Below, in pieces: positions 1-12,143 of a stretch of 64,000 nucleotides of DNA. Under the pieces are notes generated by a model, which was not told the DNA's origin, did not search any database, and saw only the letters and a program-made list of their open reading frames with translations. The stretch comes from Camelus dromedarius (taxonomy: Eukaryota): NCBI RefSeq assembly GCF_036321535.1, contig NC_087437.1, positions 53,446,001 to 53,510,000 on the forward strand, read 5' to 3'. Within the stretch, counting starts at the first letter, position 1; every line of letters starts with the position of its first letter. A program made the translations under genes and the position numbers.

Positions 1-430
1 TTTTTGTTCATATTTGTTTCATATAGCTTTGCTCATCCGTTATGTGTAATCTTTCTTTATCTTTTTTATTATACACTGTTATTCTTGAAGATGTAATACT
101 TTGATTTTGTCCTTAACTTAATCTGAAAGTCTTTGCCTTGCTAAAAGAAAATGTTACCCATTCACTTATATGATTTTTATTTCTGCACTACATATTCTTG
201 GCATCTCATTTCATGTCTGTGTGCTTGTGTGTGTGTATTTGTTGTTGTTGATGCTACTCCCTTGTTGTTTCTTATTCTCTCTTTTGCAGTTAGATTATGC
301 ATTGTATTGGTTTGTTCTATGAGATGATTTGCAGAGCCAACATCTTATTTTTAATTTTACTAGTCGTTTACTTTAAAGGTTCTTTAAAAATGTTCCTAAT
401 ATATACTCTTATATGCTTTTTAAAAACCAG

Positions 431-515
431 GATATTGGTGAATGTACAGATAAAGCACATGTGGATCCTCAGCTAAGAATTGCTTCCTTGTCACAGAAAT
501 GTAACCTTTATCCAG
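431..515 (+). CDS. KNG1: Kininogen-1 exon 6 (end of cystatin domain 2); gene begins upstream of window
   Basis: cag|GATATTGGT...CCAG|gtatg; 85 nt; DIGECTDKAHVDPQLRIASLSQKCNLYP; phase matches next exon. Confidence 0.93.
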
Positions 516-1399
516 GTATGGGATAACTCACGTTAGTTCTCTGATAGTGCATGTGGGTCCCAGACAACTGGCTAGGTCTTTCCATAGAAACAGTGCTTTG
601 GTTCTCATGATGTGCCATGAAGTCTATATGACCCCAGACCTTACGAAGAACACTGTCCCCCATCTCTGCCCCCCTGTGCTACAGCAGGTGCAGCTGAGAC
701 TGCTCTGCAAGTGCCCAGAACGGAATATGGTGAGAGAAGGGAGAATTTCTATTTTCTGGGCAAAGTTGGCCTTCAGTATGTCAGCTTGTATTCAAGGTGT
801 GTCTGCATCAGGTATTATAAATTAGGGAAGCAGTATCTCATTTTTAACTACTGACAATAAAATCCTTTCAATTAAAGATTATTTTTCTTGCATGTTCTAA
901 TGGGGCAGGGGGTGGGGGAGGAATGCAAGCTTAAGGTCCAGTCAGTATTTGTTATACCAAGAGTTGGCTTTTCTCATACGTGGAATACTTGGAAGATAGT
1001 TGTCTACATTGCATGATATGAAGCATCACTGAAGCTGCCTGCTCAACAGAATCTCAGGATTTACTATTTCCCCACTAGAAAATCATTCCTTTATGTTAAG
1101 CATTGCTTTTTACAGTTTCCATCAAAAATATAAAAACTTAGGAAAAGTGTGGCTTATTGATTGAGGCACTAACACTTTCTAATTTAAAGTTTCCCTAGAC
1201 ACATTTTAGGGAAACTTCCAATCAGAGGAAAGTTTGGGGAGGAAAAGAGGAGAGACAGTAAAAGCCTGACAGACAACCTTCACCTGTTTACTGCTGGGTC
1301 TTGGGCTGCCACGTGGCCCTCTACAAATGGATGCTGGGAAAGGTACTAGGCTAGATGACTCCTTCAGTGCACAAGCTGATGTAAACCTGCCTCTTTCAG

Positions 1400-1572
1400 G
1401 GGAGGATTTTGTACAACCACCTGGCAAGATTTGCCCTGGCTGCCCCACAGTTATACCTGTCGACAGCCCAGAGCTGGAGGAGGCTCTGAATCATTCTATT
1501 GCAAAGCTTAATGCAGAGAATAATGGAAATTTCTATTTCAAGATTGACTTCGTGGAAAAAGCAACAGCACAG
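1400..1572 (+). CDS. KNG1: Kininogen-1 exon 7 (cystatin domain 3)
   Basis: ttcag|GGGAGGAT...GCACAG|gtctg; 173 nt; EDFVQPPGKICPGCPTVIPVDSPELEEALNHSIAKLNAENNGNFYFKIDFVEKATAQ. Confidence 0.96.
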
Positions 1573-3854
1573 GTCTGTAAATCATACTACAAAAATAGTG
1601 ATATTATAGTCTATGGCAAATTGCTTACTAGTTTGGCCACTGATCTTGGCTCTGAATTGGGAAACAGTGTACCTGGTAAACGGGATCTGGTAGATTTGAA
1701 TTTCAAGTCCCAACATCAGTGCACTTCTGGTGTGTGATCTCAGACAAGTCTTTTAAAGCATTTTTTCCATTTTCTATCTGTAAAGGATTACAGGGAGGAT
1801 CACATAAGACAATGTATGTCAATCACTTTTCAAACTCCAAAGTGCTATATAAATACGAGCAACTATTATCTAATTAATAAAATTCAGGGCTAGGAAAAGC
1901 AAGACTTATCCTCTGCCTTTCTAGACTCATCGCTCATTGTAGCGTCACTTAGTGTGTTGGTCTCAGCCACATCAGCCAGTTATCACCCAGACCCTCTTCA
2001 CACACTCATCTTCATGTCATTTGTTCCCTGCCTGGGATGCCATTCCCTCCGACAAATGTACCCTCTGAGGGTTCGTCTCTCTTTCCATACCTGTCAACAG
2101 AGGATAAGGAGTATCTGGTCTGGAGGTCAGGAGACCCAGCTCTGCTACAGCCTCAGCCACTTGTATCCTGGGTGACCCTGGGCAGTCATTCAGATTCACT
2201 TAGCCTTTGTGGCCCCATCTGTAAAGCAAGTAGCTGGGTTAGAACAGCCCAAATCCCTTCCAACTCCAACCACATATGACAGACGTATTCATGGACACAT
2301 TCTTATTACAGGACCTCAAAACCGGCTTCCCCAAATACAAGCTAATGAAAAGTAATCAAAAGAGAACCAAACTATTACAGCAAACCAACATGATCTTTGT
2401 AATCTATGAAAAAAATCTCATTTGAAAAAGTTCATAGTTTGGGCTCAGTAATTGAATTTCTAGAAATTAAAATAGAAGGAGTCTTTAAACAGAATTATAT
2501 TCATTGCCGCTTTAACTATAGAAGCAAAAAAAAAAAAAATGATCAGCTGTCCAAATGATCAATAATATAAAAATGATCACATAATGTCTGACATATCCAT
2601 ACAATGGAATACTAAGGCAGCAATTTTAAAGTATCTTTGTAAGGAGTTCTTTTTAATTCTTTTGTTTTTGTTTTTTAATGGAGGCACTGGGGATTTGCAT
2701 CAGTCTAAGACTTTTGATGCAAACTGACGAATCACCAAATTATTTGCAATTATTCCAATTTACATTCACACTGCCTAGGTATAAGACACTGGGTGATGGG
2801 CTTGGTCTGAACTATATTCCTACCAGCAGTGATATTTCCCACATCTGGCCAGCACGAGGGGCTATCACTGTTTTTCATCTTTGCCAATGTGCAAGGTTAA
2901 AAATCATGTTGCATTGTTTTTTTGATGCATGCATATCCTTAATTATTAATGAAAGTAAACTCTTTTTCAGGATTAATGACCATTTTAACTTCTCTGCAAG
3001 ATCTGTTTATGTCCTTTGTCCTTTTATTTTTAGTGTCAGGCTTGATATGTGTAAGAATATTGACCCTACCTCATATTTTTCCCAGTTTGCATTCTTACTT
3101 TGGTTACTGTGGTTTTTGACAATCAGTTTTCCTTTTTTTCTAGTCAAATTTAGACATTTTCCCCTTCCTTTAGGTTTATTTCCTGTGCTTTTCACCTAAG
3201 AAAGATTATCATCCTGAAAGTCAATTAATATTATTTCTATCTTTCTGTTTTATTTCTTTAATTTAAATGTTTTAACACATTTTGAAATTGTATTGCTACA
3301 TAGTCTTCTCCACTTTAAAAACAAAACTTGGGCAGGATGGATTTAAACAGGGAAGACTTCTGATGAGAATGACACGTGATAAGAATGGCAATAGGGGTGT
3401 GATTTTGAGGCCCCCAAACAGAAGATGGTATTAGGTCTGCTTTATTCCTCCCCTCTGGACCCCAAAGAGAATTGCGTCAACAGCTATGGTTTGCAATATA
3501 TTGTCAGCTTTCTTAGGCAACATCACATTGATCAACAGGAACATCAAAAACAACTGAATTAAGGTATTCTCTGAAAGTAGCAAGAAAATTCATTATCACC
3601 AAAGTATAGACCCTAAAACCCTTTCAGAACCTTCTTGCCCAGCTTATACACATCTGGAGTTTAAAAAGTTTATTATCAAATTTATCTTAAAAATTTTATT
3701 GTGTTTACCCTGCAAAACAATGCCAGAGAAGGTAGAGGAGGAGTTTAGTTCTTCTTATGACTGTTTTCTCTCCCTCGTCCTCCTCCCACCACACTTTCTT
3801 CATGTTTAAAAAATAAATAAATTAAATATATATATATATATAAACATGAAAAAA

Positions 3855-4020
3855 GGGGGAGGGCATAGCTCAAGTGGTAGAGCACAGGCTTAGCATGCAC
3901 AAAGTCCTGGGTTCAATTCCCAATATCTCCTCTAAAATAAATAAATAAACAAACAAATAAATAAATAAATAACCTAATTACCCCCAAAAAAAGTAAAATT
4001 AAAAAAAACAAAAAGAAAAA
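3855..4020 (+). mobile_element. tRNA-derived SINE (camelid Vic-1-like)
   Basis: GGGGAGGGCATAGCTCAAGTGGTAGAG...GGTTCAATTCCC (A and B boxes), (TAAA)n, AACCTAATTACC, A-rich tail. Confidence 0.85.
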
Positions 4021-4166
4021 AATCATGAAGAGATAAGGAAGACTGTTGCAGTTTGCTTTTACAAAAATGGGATTATACTATCATCCTGGAACTTCATGTT
4101 TTCAATAATGGTCAACCCTCTAGGTCAACAGATATGTGTAATACATTCTTTTTGATAGCTACATAG

Positions 4167-4170
<4 letters not shown>

Positions 4171-4206
<36 letters not shown>
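4171..4206. repeat. (AC)18 microsatellite
   Basis: direct reading. Confidence 0.95.
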
Positions 4207-4207
<1 letters not shown>

Positions 4208-4209
<2 letters not shown>

Positions 4210-4565
4210 GTTAGTCTGCTCTGGTGATCATAACGAAATATAGACTGGATGACTTAAACAACAGGAGTTTATTCTCACAGTTCTGCAGGCTGGGAAGTCC
4301 AAAAACCCTGGTGTTGCCCTGGTGAGGGCTCTCTTCTTGGCTTGCAGATGGCTGCCTTCTCACTGAGTCTTTACATTTCAGAGAAAGAGAGACCTCTAGT
4401 CTCTGTTTCTTTTCTTGTAAGTGTACTAATCCCATCAGGGGGCCCCATCCTCAAAACCTCATCTAAACCTAATTGCCTCTCAAAGGCCCCACCTCCTAGT
4501 ACCAGCACCTTGGAGGTTAGGGCTTCAACATATGCATTTGGGGAGGATATATTCAGTTCATAACA
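4208..4565 (-). mobile_element. MaLR solo LTR (MLT1-like)
   Basis: ttagtctgct...aaacaacaggagtttattctcacagttctgcaggctgggaagtcc...ggcttcaacatatgcatttgggg...cagttcataaca; matches recalled MLT1 consensus. Confidence 0.75.
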
Positions 4566-4582
4566 CACACACACACACACAC
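4563..4582. repeat. (AC)10 microsatellite
   Basis: direct reading. Confidence 0.9.
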
Positions 4583-5030
4583 TTAAATGCTAGAATGAAA
4601 TACTAACTAACTTGGCCTGGAAATTGGGCCATATTTGTACATGTAATTTAAAAGCATTTTTATGAAGTATACTGTTCAAGTGTGTAAGAAATATGACTTT
4701 TAAAAAACTATGCTTGGGATTTTGTTGAAGTCAGTGTTTTTGAAAAAAACACAATGACTTACTTTTTAAGTAGATAAAGTGTGCCTCTTCTGGACAAAAA
4801 AAAAAAATTGGGGCACAAAATTTTAATGGAAGATAGCATTGCATGAAGATTAAAACTGTTGCTAGAAATTAAAATAGTTTCTTAATATAAAAAGCTAGCA
4901 GAAGCAAGCTAGGAAATCCAAATAATTTTCCTCATCACATAATTTGATCCACAATTTCTACAGTGGCACTAACTCAGTATTTCTCCGTTCAAGCTTTGGC
5001 AGGACAAAGTGTGTTTCAAGAAATTGTCTA

Positions 5031-5196
5031 GGGGGGTATAGTTCAGTGGTAGAGTGCGTGTTTAGCATGCACGAGGTCCTGGTTTCAATCCCCAGTACCT
5101 CCATTAAATAAATAAATAAGTAAATAAATAAATAAATAAACAAACCTAATTTCCTCTCCTGGTGCCCCCAAAAAACAAACAAGCAAAAGGTAAAAT
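5031..5196 (+). mobile_element. tRNA-derived SINE (Vic-1-like) with 10-bp TSD
   Basis: A/B-box head; TSD aaattgtcta at 5021-5030 and 5197-5206. Confidence 0.9.
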
Positions 5197-5559
5197 AAAT
5201 TGTCTAAGTTTTTCTTCAAGCTCTTCGTAATTCTATTATGACTTGAGCCCTTGAGTTACTAGTGAATTTTGCAGCTGCTAAACAATAAAACTCAGAAAAA
5301 GATAAAAATGAAAATTATAGCATGCTTTTCTTTTCCCATTTAGAAAAGGAAATGAGACCAACCAATAGCCAAATATTTTAGACATGCATACAGACTGAAA
5401 GTTTTCTTGTCAAACATTTGTGCTTTTGGGGTATAACCCTCATTTGGTCAGCATATAATTAAAATTTCAATATTGTCCCCTAGAAGCCCTTAGGGTAAAA
5501 TATATGATTTGTTATACAATTTTAAATAAGCTCTGACTTTGTGCTAATTAATTTTCCAG

Positions 5560-5667
5560 GTGGTGGCTGGAATGAAATATTCTATTGTGTTCAGAGCCAA
5601 AGAAACCACATGTTCCAAGGAAAGTAATGAAGAGTTGATCGAAAGTTGTGAGATCAATAAACATGGC
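5560..5667 (+). CDS. KNG1: Kininogen-1 exon 8; completes the cystatin QVVAG motif
   Basis: ttccag|GTGGTGGCTGGA...CATGGC|gtgagt; 108 nt; VVAGMKYSIVFRAKETTCSKESNEELIESCEINKHG. Confidence 0.96.
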
Positions 5668-5779
5668 GTGAGTAGTAATGCAACTGTAACTGCCTGGAAA
5701 GATATCTGATGTTTTGTACTTGTCTGTGGATCTCATGAATAACACAGTTCTCTCTTTTGGCTTCTGTTTTCATGGATAG

Positions 5780-5866
5780 CAAACTCTAAACTGTAAATCT
5801 GACGTTCTTGTGGTACCTTGGGAGAAAAAAATTTACCCTACTGTCAACTGTGAATCACTTGCAAAG
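5780..5866 (+). CDS. KNG1: Kininogen-1 exon 9 (cystatin PW motif)
   Basis: tag|CAAACT...GCAAAG|gtatg; 87 nt; QTLNCKSDVLVVPWEKKIYPTVNCESLAK. Confidence 0.95.
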
Positions 5867-7283
5867 GTATGATTCTAATTACCTTCTAATTGCTCATTCT
5901 AAAAAAGCCATATTTTGGGGTAGAAAAGGACCTATTACTTAAATGAGTTGGGGGACTGTCTTTTTAAAATAAGAAGGCTAACATTTCTGTGCTGATCTCT
6001 CTTTTTTACGGTAGAAAGGAGAGCAGAAATCCTCTTTATCACTTCTCGCACATTGTCAGTGTCCCATGAGTCAGTAGGCTCTCTCTTAGTGAAATGCAGT
6101 TCCTGCCAAAGAGTAACACTAGCTGTGCACCTCAACGTGTGCCCGAGGTGCTCTGCTTATATCCAAGGCGCCTGGGAGAAATGCAGGTCTCAGATCCCAC
6201 TCCTTATCTCCTGATCAAAAGGTGCATTTTAACCCAATCCCCAGGGGATTCATACCTACATTCAAGTTTAAGAAGCATTAGTTTGCATTGTTTTTCCCTT
6301 TAATTCTTAAAAGAACTCTGGGAGGTAAATAATGCTTTTCCCATTGTCACGGTGGCGACACTAAAAATTACAAAGATGCTAAGGTCCCAGGGTGAATAAT
6401 GACTGTATCAAGTGCTTCTGCCATCCCAGGCACTGTACTGAGGACTTCACATATATTCTCCTCCTGATAACTCTGAGGCGGGTGCTGTTATTCCCATTTA
6501 ACAGATGAGGAAAGTGAAGCTAGTGGTGCTCAGATTCAGATCTAAGTCAAGTCAGAGCCCACTCTGTTCACCATGATGTTGATAACTAGTAGGGTCTGGC
6601 TTGTCTGACTTCAAACACCATGCTCTTTTCATCACCAAACACTGCCTCCAACCACCATGTTCCCGCAGGTAGTGAAAATGTATGCAGAAAATCATCCATA
6701 GATCCCTTTCTTTGATGCAGGTTGCCTCTGCTCCCTTTGTTCTGATTTAGGCTTTTGCCATGTGTAGGTATGTATATAGCCTAACACAAACATTATACAA
6801 AGGCTGTGTTTCAAGCTTGGGAACATATTCTAATGTGTCCTAGCTCAACAGAGTGATTGTGGATATATGTATGCTCCCTATATATTCTGTTCATAAAGCC
6901 AGTTAGTTTTTGGACAAAAGCAGTAATTGTGCTAATAGAAATAGTATCCATTAATAAATAATGTGCTATGGTTTTATGTAATCATAGGCTTAGAAGATAC
7001 TCTAGAGGTTATGTAGTTCAACCATCCAATTTTTCCCAGATAAAGAAAAAATTCTCCAGTTTATCATATTATGAAGAACAATAATCAATATCCCCAAATT
7101 ATAAAATCAATCAAAAGAGGAAAAATATTCATTCTCATCCTTTCTGAACTATTAATGTAGTATTTAAAATCTGGCAAAGACATGCCCCACTGTAAACTGA
7201 GATAGCATTGCCAGGTCCCCTTCCTTTCTTCATTGACAGTGTGACTTTCACAGTAATGTGTTCATCTAATATTTCCTGTTTAG

Positions 7284-8093
7284 ACCTCAATGATGAAAAG
7301 GCCTCCAGGCTTTTCGCCTTTTCGATCAGTAGGAGTGAATAAAACCGAAGAAGGAAAAACTGTAAGTCCACCCCACACTTCCATGGCACCTGTACAAGAT
7401 GAAGAGTGGGATTCAGGGAAAGAACAAAGACCCACTCATGGGCATGGCGGGGGCCATGAAAAGCGAATAAAACATGGCCTTGGCCATGGCCATAAACATG
7501 AGCATGACCAAGGCCCTGAGCACCTAAAGGGTCATGGCCTTGGCCATGGACACCAAAAGGGACATGGCCCAGCCCATGGACATCCAAAGGGACATGACCC
7601 AGCCCATGGACATCCAAAGGGACATGGCCCAGCCCATGGACATAAACACGGGCATGGTCATGGTCATGGAAAACATAAAAATAAAGGAAAGAACAATGGA
7701 AAACACAATGGTTGGAGACCAGAGCATTTGGCAAGTTTTTATGAAGATAGTGCTACCTCTTCTCCACAGACACAAGAGAAGACTGAAGGGCCACCCCTCC
7801 CTTCCTTAGCCCAGCCAGGTGCAGCCATCACCCTTCCTGACTTTCAGGACTCAGATCTCATTGCAGCTGTGATGCCTAATACACTACCGCCTCCCACAGC
7901 GACTGAGGATGATGATTGGATCCCTGAAATACAGATAGAGCCAAATGGCCTTTCATTTGGGCTCATTTCGGATTTTCCAGAAACAACCTCCCCCAAATGT
8001 CCTGGACGCCCCTGGAAACCAGTTAATGGAGTGAATCCCACTGTGGAGATGAAAGAATTTCATGATTTCAGTCTCTCTGATGCTGTTTATTAA
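7284..8093 (+). CDS. KNG1: Kininogen-1 exon 10, HMW form: bradykinin, His/Gly/Lys-rich domain 5, domain 6; internal LMW donor after 7361
   Basis: ttag|ACCTCAATGATGAAAAGG; MKRPPGFSPFR, HGHG-rich tract, DDDWIPEIQIEPNGLSF...KCPGRPWK, TAA at 8091-8093; ACT|GTAAGT at 7361/7362. Confidence 0.97.
   Translation, partial: TSMMKRPPGFSPFRSVGVNKTEEGKTVSPPHTSMAPVQDEEWDSGKEQRPTHGHGGGHEKRIKHGLGHGHKHEHDQGPEHLKGHGLGHGHQKGHGPAHGHPKGHDPAHGHPKGHGPAHGHKHGHGHGHGKHKNKGKNNGKHNGWRPEHLASFYEDSATSSPQTQEKTEGPPLPSLAQPGAAITLPDFQDSDLIAAVMPNTLPPPTATEDDDWIPEIQIEPNGLSFGLISDFPETTSPKCPGRPWKPVNGVNPTVEMKEFHDFSLSDAVY
7299..7325 (+). other. KNG1: Bradykinin coding sequence RPPGFSPFR, preceded by Met-Lys
   Basis: AGG CCT CCA GGC TTT TCG CCT TTT CGA. 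Confidence 0.98.
7441..7680 (+). repeat. Coding 30-nt (10-aa) tandem repeat in HMW kininogen domain 5
   Basis: gacatggcccagcccatggacatccaaagg near-identical at 7561, 7591, 7621 (partial); degenerate units at 7441, 7471, 7501, 7531, 7651. Confidence 0.92.
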
Positions 8094-8432
8094 TTTACGC
8101 AGTCATGGGTATTTCTTTAACACTGCATCCTGCCCTTTTTGCATTGTCCAAATATCCTGATATAATGCAACAAAAACCATGAACGTTCAGGACAGCCTAG
8201 AGAGAAATGGTGAGACTCCCGATGGGGACACCATCAATCTCTAGGGACGACATAAAACTGTAGAATTCGAAATCCTTTCTGAGTCTTCCCCACAAGTTGT
8301 CTTAACTAGCACAGAAAACGGACAGACTAATGTGACCTACTGCACGGCCTACTGCAGTTTGCTTTTCTGATAATGAATGTGTACCTTAAAATGTACGTCA
8401 TCCATTTTCATAGAAAGATTCTTGACATTCTG

Positions 8433-8438
8433 AATAAA
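8433..8438 (+). terminator. Candidate polyadenylation signal for HMW kininogen mRNA
   Basis: AATAAA 340 nt after the HMW stop. Confidence 0.55.
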
Positions 8439-9345
8439 GTGCGGCATCTGGTCCTGGAACACATGTGAAAATAAAGGAAGTCAAGAGAATGAATGCTGAA
8501 CTTCTTAATGGGGGAAAAATAATAATTAAAACCTCCAGAGGTCACAGAGAGACAACAAATGAGAAAGACAGATTAGCCGAAAGGAGGGCAGGGGAAGAAC
8601 ATTCATTGGCTTTCTGTTTCCAAAATGGGCTAATTATGGCAAACAGTTACTCCCACTTGACAAAATTATTCTGATAGTTCCCTTTCTGGGTGAGAGGGTT
8701 TCTCAAAAGTCAGTAATTTCTGTTTACTCATTAACTACACTTTGCAGCAGGGCTTTCAAATAGGAGCTTTCTGTTTATTTGTTGCCAAGGCTCCACTGAG
8801 TAATCCTTAGTTTTTAGCAGCTCTGAGTTTAATGATAAGGATGGAGAGCAGAGGAAGTAATAGAAAGGCAGGTGGGCTGAAGGGAATCTTTTTTTGTAAT
8901 TGATAAGGAAATATCATGAGATGTGATGCAAATTTTGCTCAGAAATTTTAAAAAATTCCTCTCTGGCCTCACTTTTTAATCACATTATTATTGGTTTTGT
9001 TTTTTGCTACAACATTGAAGAATACTGACTTTTGCAAAAGATCATCTTTCATTGCCTTCCAATGTGAGGGGAGCATCTACTGTATAACCCTTGCTGCGCT
9101 TTTGCCTGGGGAACAAGACAGGGCTTTAGACAGTGACACACACCTGTGGATGCATGTGTCACTGCTGCTTCAATTTATTGGATGCATTTGAGCCTCTGAG
9201 TTTTTCTTTCTTTTCAAATATTATCTGTACTTTCAAATAAAGAACCAGTGATGTCAGGAAGAAGTCTCATCTTGTCAACTGGTTGCTTCACTCTCCTCTG
9301 TTTGAGTGAGAACATCCGATTAACGGAGTTTTACTATACTTACAG

Positions 9346-9426
9346 AGGCACCTCAGGTCCTGCGAGTACAAGGGCCAACCATGGGAGGCAGGGGCAGAGC
9401 CAGCACCTGAGAGTGAGGTCAATTGA
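9346..9426 (+). CDS. KNG1: Kininogen-1 exon 11, LMW kininogen C-terminus
   Basis: ttacag|AGGCACCTC; RHLRSCEYKGQPWEAGAEPAPESEVN*; in phase with the 7361 donor. Confidence 0.93.
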   Translation, partial: RHLRSCEYKGQPWEAGAEPAPESEVN

Positions 9427-9559
9427 CCAGGGGCAGAATCTCCACGCCTGGCACAATAGCCCCAGGAAGCTCTGTCAGCAGCCCCGCGTGGAAGGACAAG
9501 AAGATGGGAGAGAGGTTAAATAGAGAAGAACGCCATTTCATCACTCTGTTGCTGGGTGA

Positions 9560-9565
9560 AATAAA
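9560..9565 (+). terminator. Polyadenylation signal for LMW kininogen mRNA
   Basis: AATAAA 134 nt after the LMW stop, followed by GT/T-rich sequence. Confidence 0.7.
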
Positions 9566-10988
9566 GTTCCGTCTTGATGTTCTCCCTCCTGGTTTACTCA
9601 CAGTGGTCTCTTTTGAGTCACACTCAACCTGCAGCAAAATCCATCTGATCAGAGAGCCAGTGCTCAGGCTCTGAGGCTCCTGCCAGCCGAGGCAGTGTCC
9701 CTTACGTGGGGCTTCCGTACCACAGAGACCTCATCGCGGATGCTCAATCGAGGGTTAGTGGGTCATGTTTCTACCACCAATCTCTCTTTCTCCCTTCCCT
9801 CCTTTCTCCTTCTCCTGATCCCCAGCACAAAGCTGAGATTAATTTGTCTCGTTTTATTATCATTTTTTATCCATTGATCCAGACAATTACTGAAAAAGAA
9901 AAAAAAATCTTTTGTTAATATGTCTACCAACTTCTCATTAGCAGAAAATACCTAGTCTTAAAAAATTTTAAAGAAAATTTAAAATTATCTTTCTGATCCA
10001 GGTAAAGGAGCAAATAGAAAACCAGTAGAAGGGAAAAAAAGAGATTTAGATTGTTTTCTGTCATAAAACACAGGTATTAAATGCTCCTTTTGGTGTGTAA
10101 GTTCATTCTCACAACTACTCTGAGGCCCCCGTGGTCACCTTTCTTTTACAACGAGGAAACTGGCTCACAGAGCCCAACCCAGGGTCACAAACTTAATATG
10201 TGACCAAGCTGGCATTCACATTCAGACCTTTTGAACTCTGTTACCCCGTGTTATCACAAGTCTTTATCATCAGTGTTGTCATACACACACACACACAAAA
10301 CACGTCAAGATGATTTCTGATTCTGGGATGATTATTATCTCTATCCAAAACCCTTATGAAATAGTTCACTGTGGCTGGGGCTGTTCTGAACACTGCTCAG
10401 GATAAACTATAATGAAGTCAAGTGGCATGCACTGACTGTTTACCATAGTCAGTCCTGAGAAAAAGAGGAATTTTATTTTAATTCTTTTTAATACTGAGTT
10501 TTTATTTAAAACATCCCACTCCGTTGCACTGTTTAAATTGAAGAGAAACTCAATGAAGAGAAATCTGCAGTCATTTTAAAGAATTACAAAGATACCATCA
10601 ATAAGCTGACAGAAATTGATGTAAGCATCCTTTTTTGTCAGCCTTAGTTTCAATGCCAGCTGGCTGATCACATTTTGGGCCCAGGTGCTCAGAGCACACG
10701 TGTGGTGACCAGGTGCTTTGACTCATCTCTAGTCCACTCATGGTCACGTATTCAGCCTATGGGAACCTCAAGGCAAATGAGGGGAAATCAATTTTAAGAG
10801 ATATAAATGCTTTCCCTCGAACAGCTTACAATCACATTGGGAAGCCAAGACTAAAGCATTTGAAACCAACATTTGATCCAAGCCATGATCATATGTGGAG
10901 CAGTGAACCTGACTAACGTAACAGGAAGATGTTGAAGAGGCAGAAGGACCAACCTGGAAAGATAAAATAAAGCCTAAGTGGGAGTTTT

Positions 10989-11221
10989 TATTTAATTTAA
11001 TTTAATTTAATTTTATTTTATTTTATTTTATTTTACTGAAGCATAGTCAATTTACAATATGTTAATTTCTGATGTATAGCACAGTGATTCAGTTTTTATA
11101 TATATATGTGTGTGTGTGTACATATATATATTCCATGTCATATTCTTTTTTCATTATAGGCTATTACAAGGTATTGAACATAGTTCCCTGTGCTCTACAG
11201 TAGGACCTTGTTGTTTATCCC
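10989..11221 (-). mobile_element. 5'-truncated L1 3' end with 13-bp TSD
   Basis: TSD aagtgggagtttt at 10976-10988 and 11222-11234; (TTTTA)n tail; atagttccctgtgctctacagtaggacc L1 3'-UTR motif. Confidence 0.85.
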
Positions 11222-12143
11222 AAGTGGGAGTTTTGATCAAAGTGGGCAGTAGTAGAGCACCTTTTACATTTCTTGAGCTAAAATGTGCTAAAAGAGTTAT
11301 AGACCTATTATTCTGAAGATCCTGGAGCACTGATCAGAGTGACATGAGACGACTGAAGGCTGTGTGCCAGGTGTCTCCAGACCATCCATATTTTAACAGA
11401 AGAATGAGCTCTCAGAGCTGGTATAGAAAATCTACAGTTCTCACTTTACTCAACACCTGGAGGTATCTCCACCCCAGACCTTTGTCAGATATATTTTATC
11501 ATGAGTCTCCTGTGACCCAGCCTCTACCTTTCACTCTCCTGAGATATCTGCACCCTCCTCCCACTCCCGAACCAAAGGCACACCCACGTTCATGACCTTG
11601 GCTCTGGAACCACACAGCCTCATCCATCTGTGCTTCTCTTCAGTGCAGGAATTTCCTCTTGTCCAACCTAACCCACTTCCCTCACCTTGTCTAGGCCTAG
11701 CACCTCAAGCAGGATGACCTAATTGGCTTTATACCCCATCTTCCACTTCCTGCTTCTAAGCCTGGTTCTGAAAAACAATACTTCTTGGTTTCATCCAGTC
11801 TGTCCTGTACTCAAGCTCCACCCTCTCTGCCGGTGCTCTGTGCTCTACCTCGGGCAAGGGGTCAGGCCGCTCCATGGCTCCTATCAGAAGACTTGAGAGG
11901 ATCCAGTGGATATGATAACAATCTAGCCTTCCACAAGTCCCCGTGTCTCCCTCTACAATGTGAGATGATCAGAAAGCAAAATACTATTTCAACACCTTGC
12001 AAAAATGCTTTTGTTGAATTATTTACCATCAGTCTTTATTGTACAAGAATCTCCAGTCTTCTGTGAAGCTTGCATTGGAGGTAATGCTCAGCATTCTCAC
12101 ATGATAGGGAGTAGAGCGAAGTCATTAAGAATCAGGGTTCTGC

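Noticed and set aside
547..825. 92-aa ORF in KNG1 intron 6
   Set aside because: Non-ATG start, no homology recognised, not needed by the exon phase chain.
2678..3199. 173-aa hydrophobic ORF
   Set aside because: Starts in a SINE fragment and runs through T-rich antisense L1-like sequence in KNG1 intron 7; no recognisable protein.
3855..3935. tRNA gene (also at the other SINE heads)
   Set aside because: A and B boxes are present but followed by the SINE tail and often TSDs; the copies are diverged.
7441..7680. 30-nt periodic array as CRISPR-like
   Set aside because: No spacers; contiguous in-frame coding repeat in a mammalian gene.
7135..7809. Antisense and alternative-frame ORFs over KNG1 exon 10 (199 aa on -, 83 aa on -, 91 aa on +)
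   Set aside because: Shadow ORFs produced by the 30-nt coding repeat; no independent evidence.
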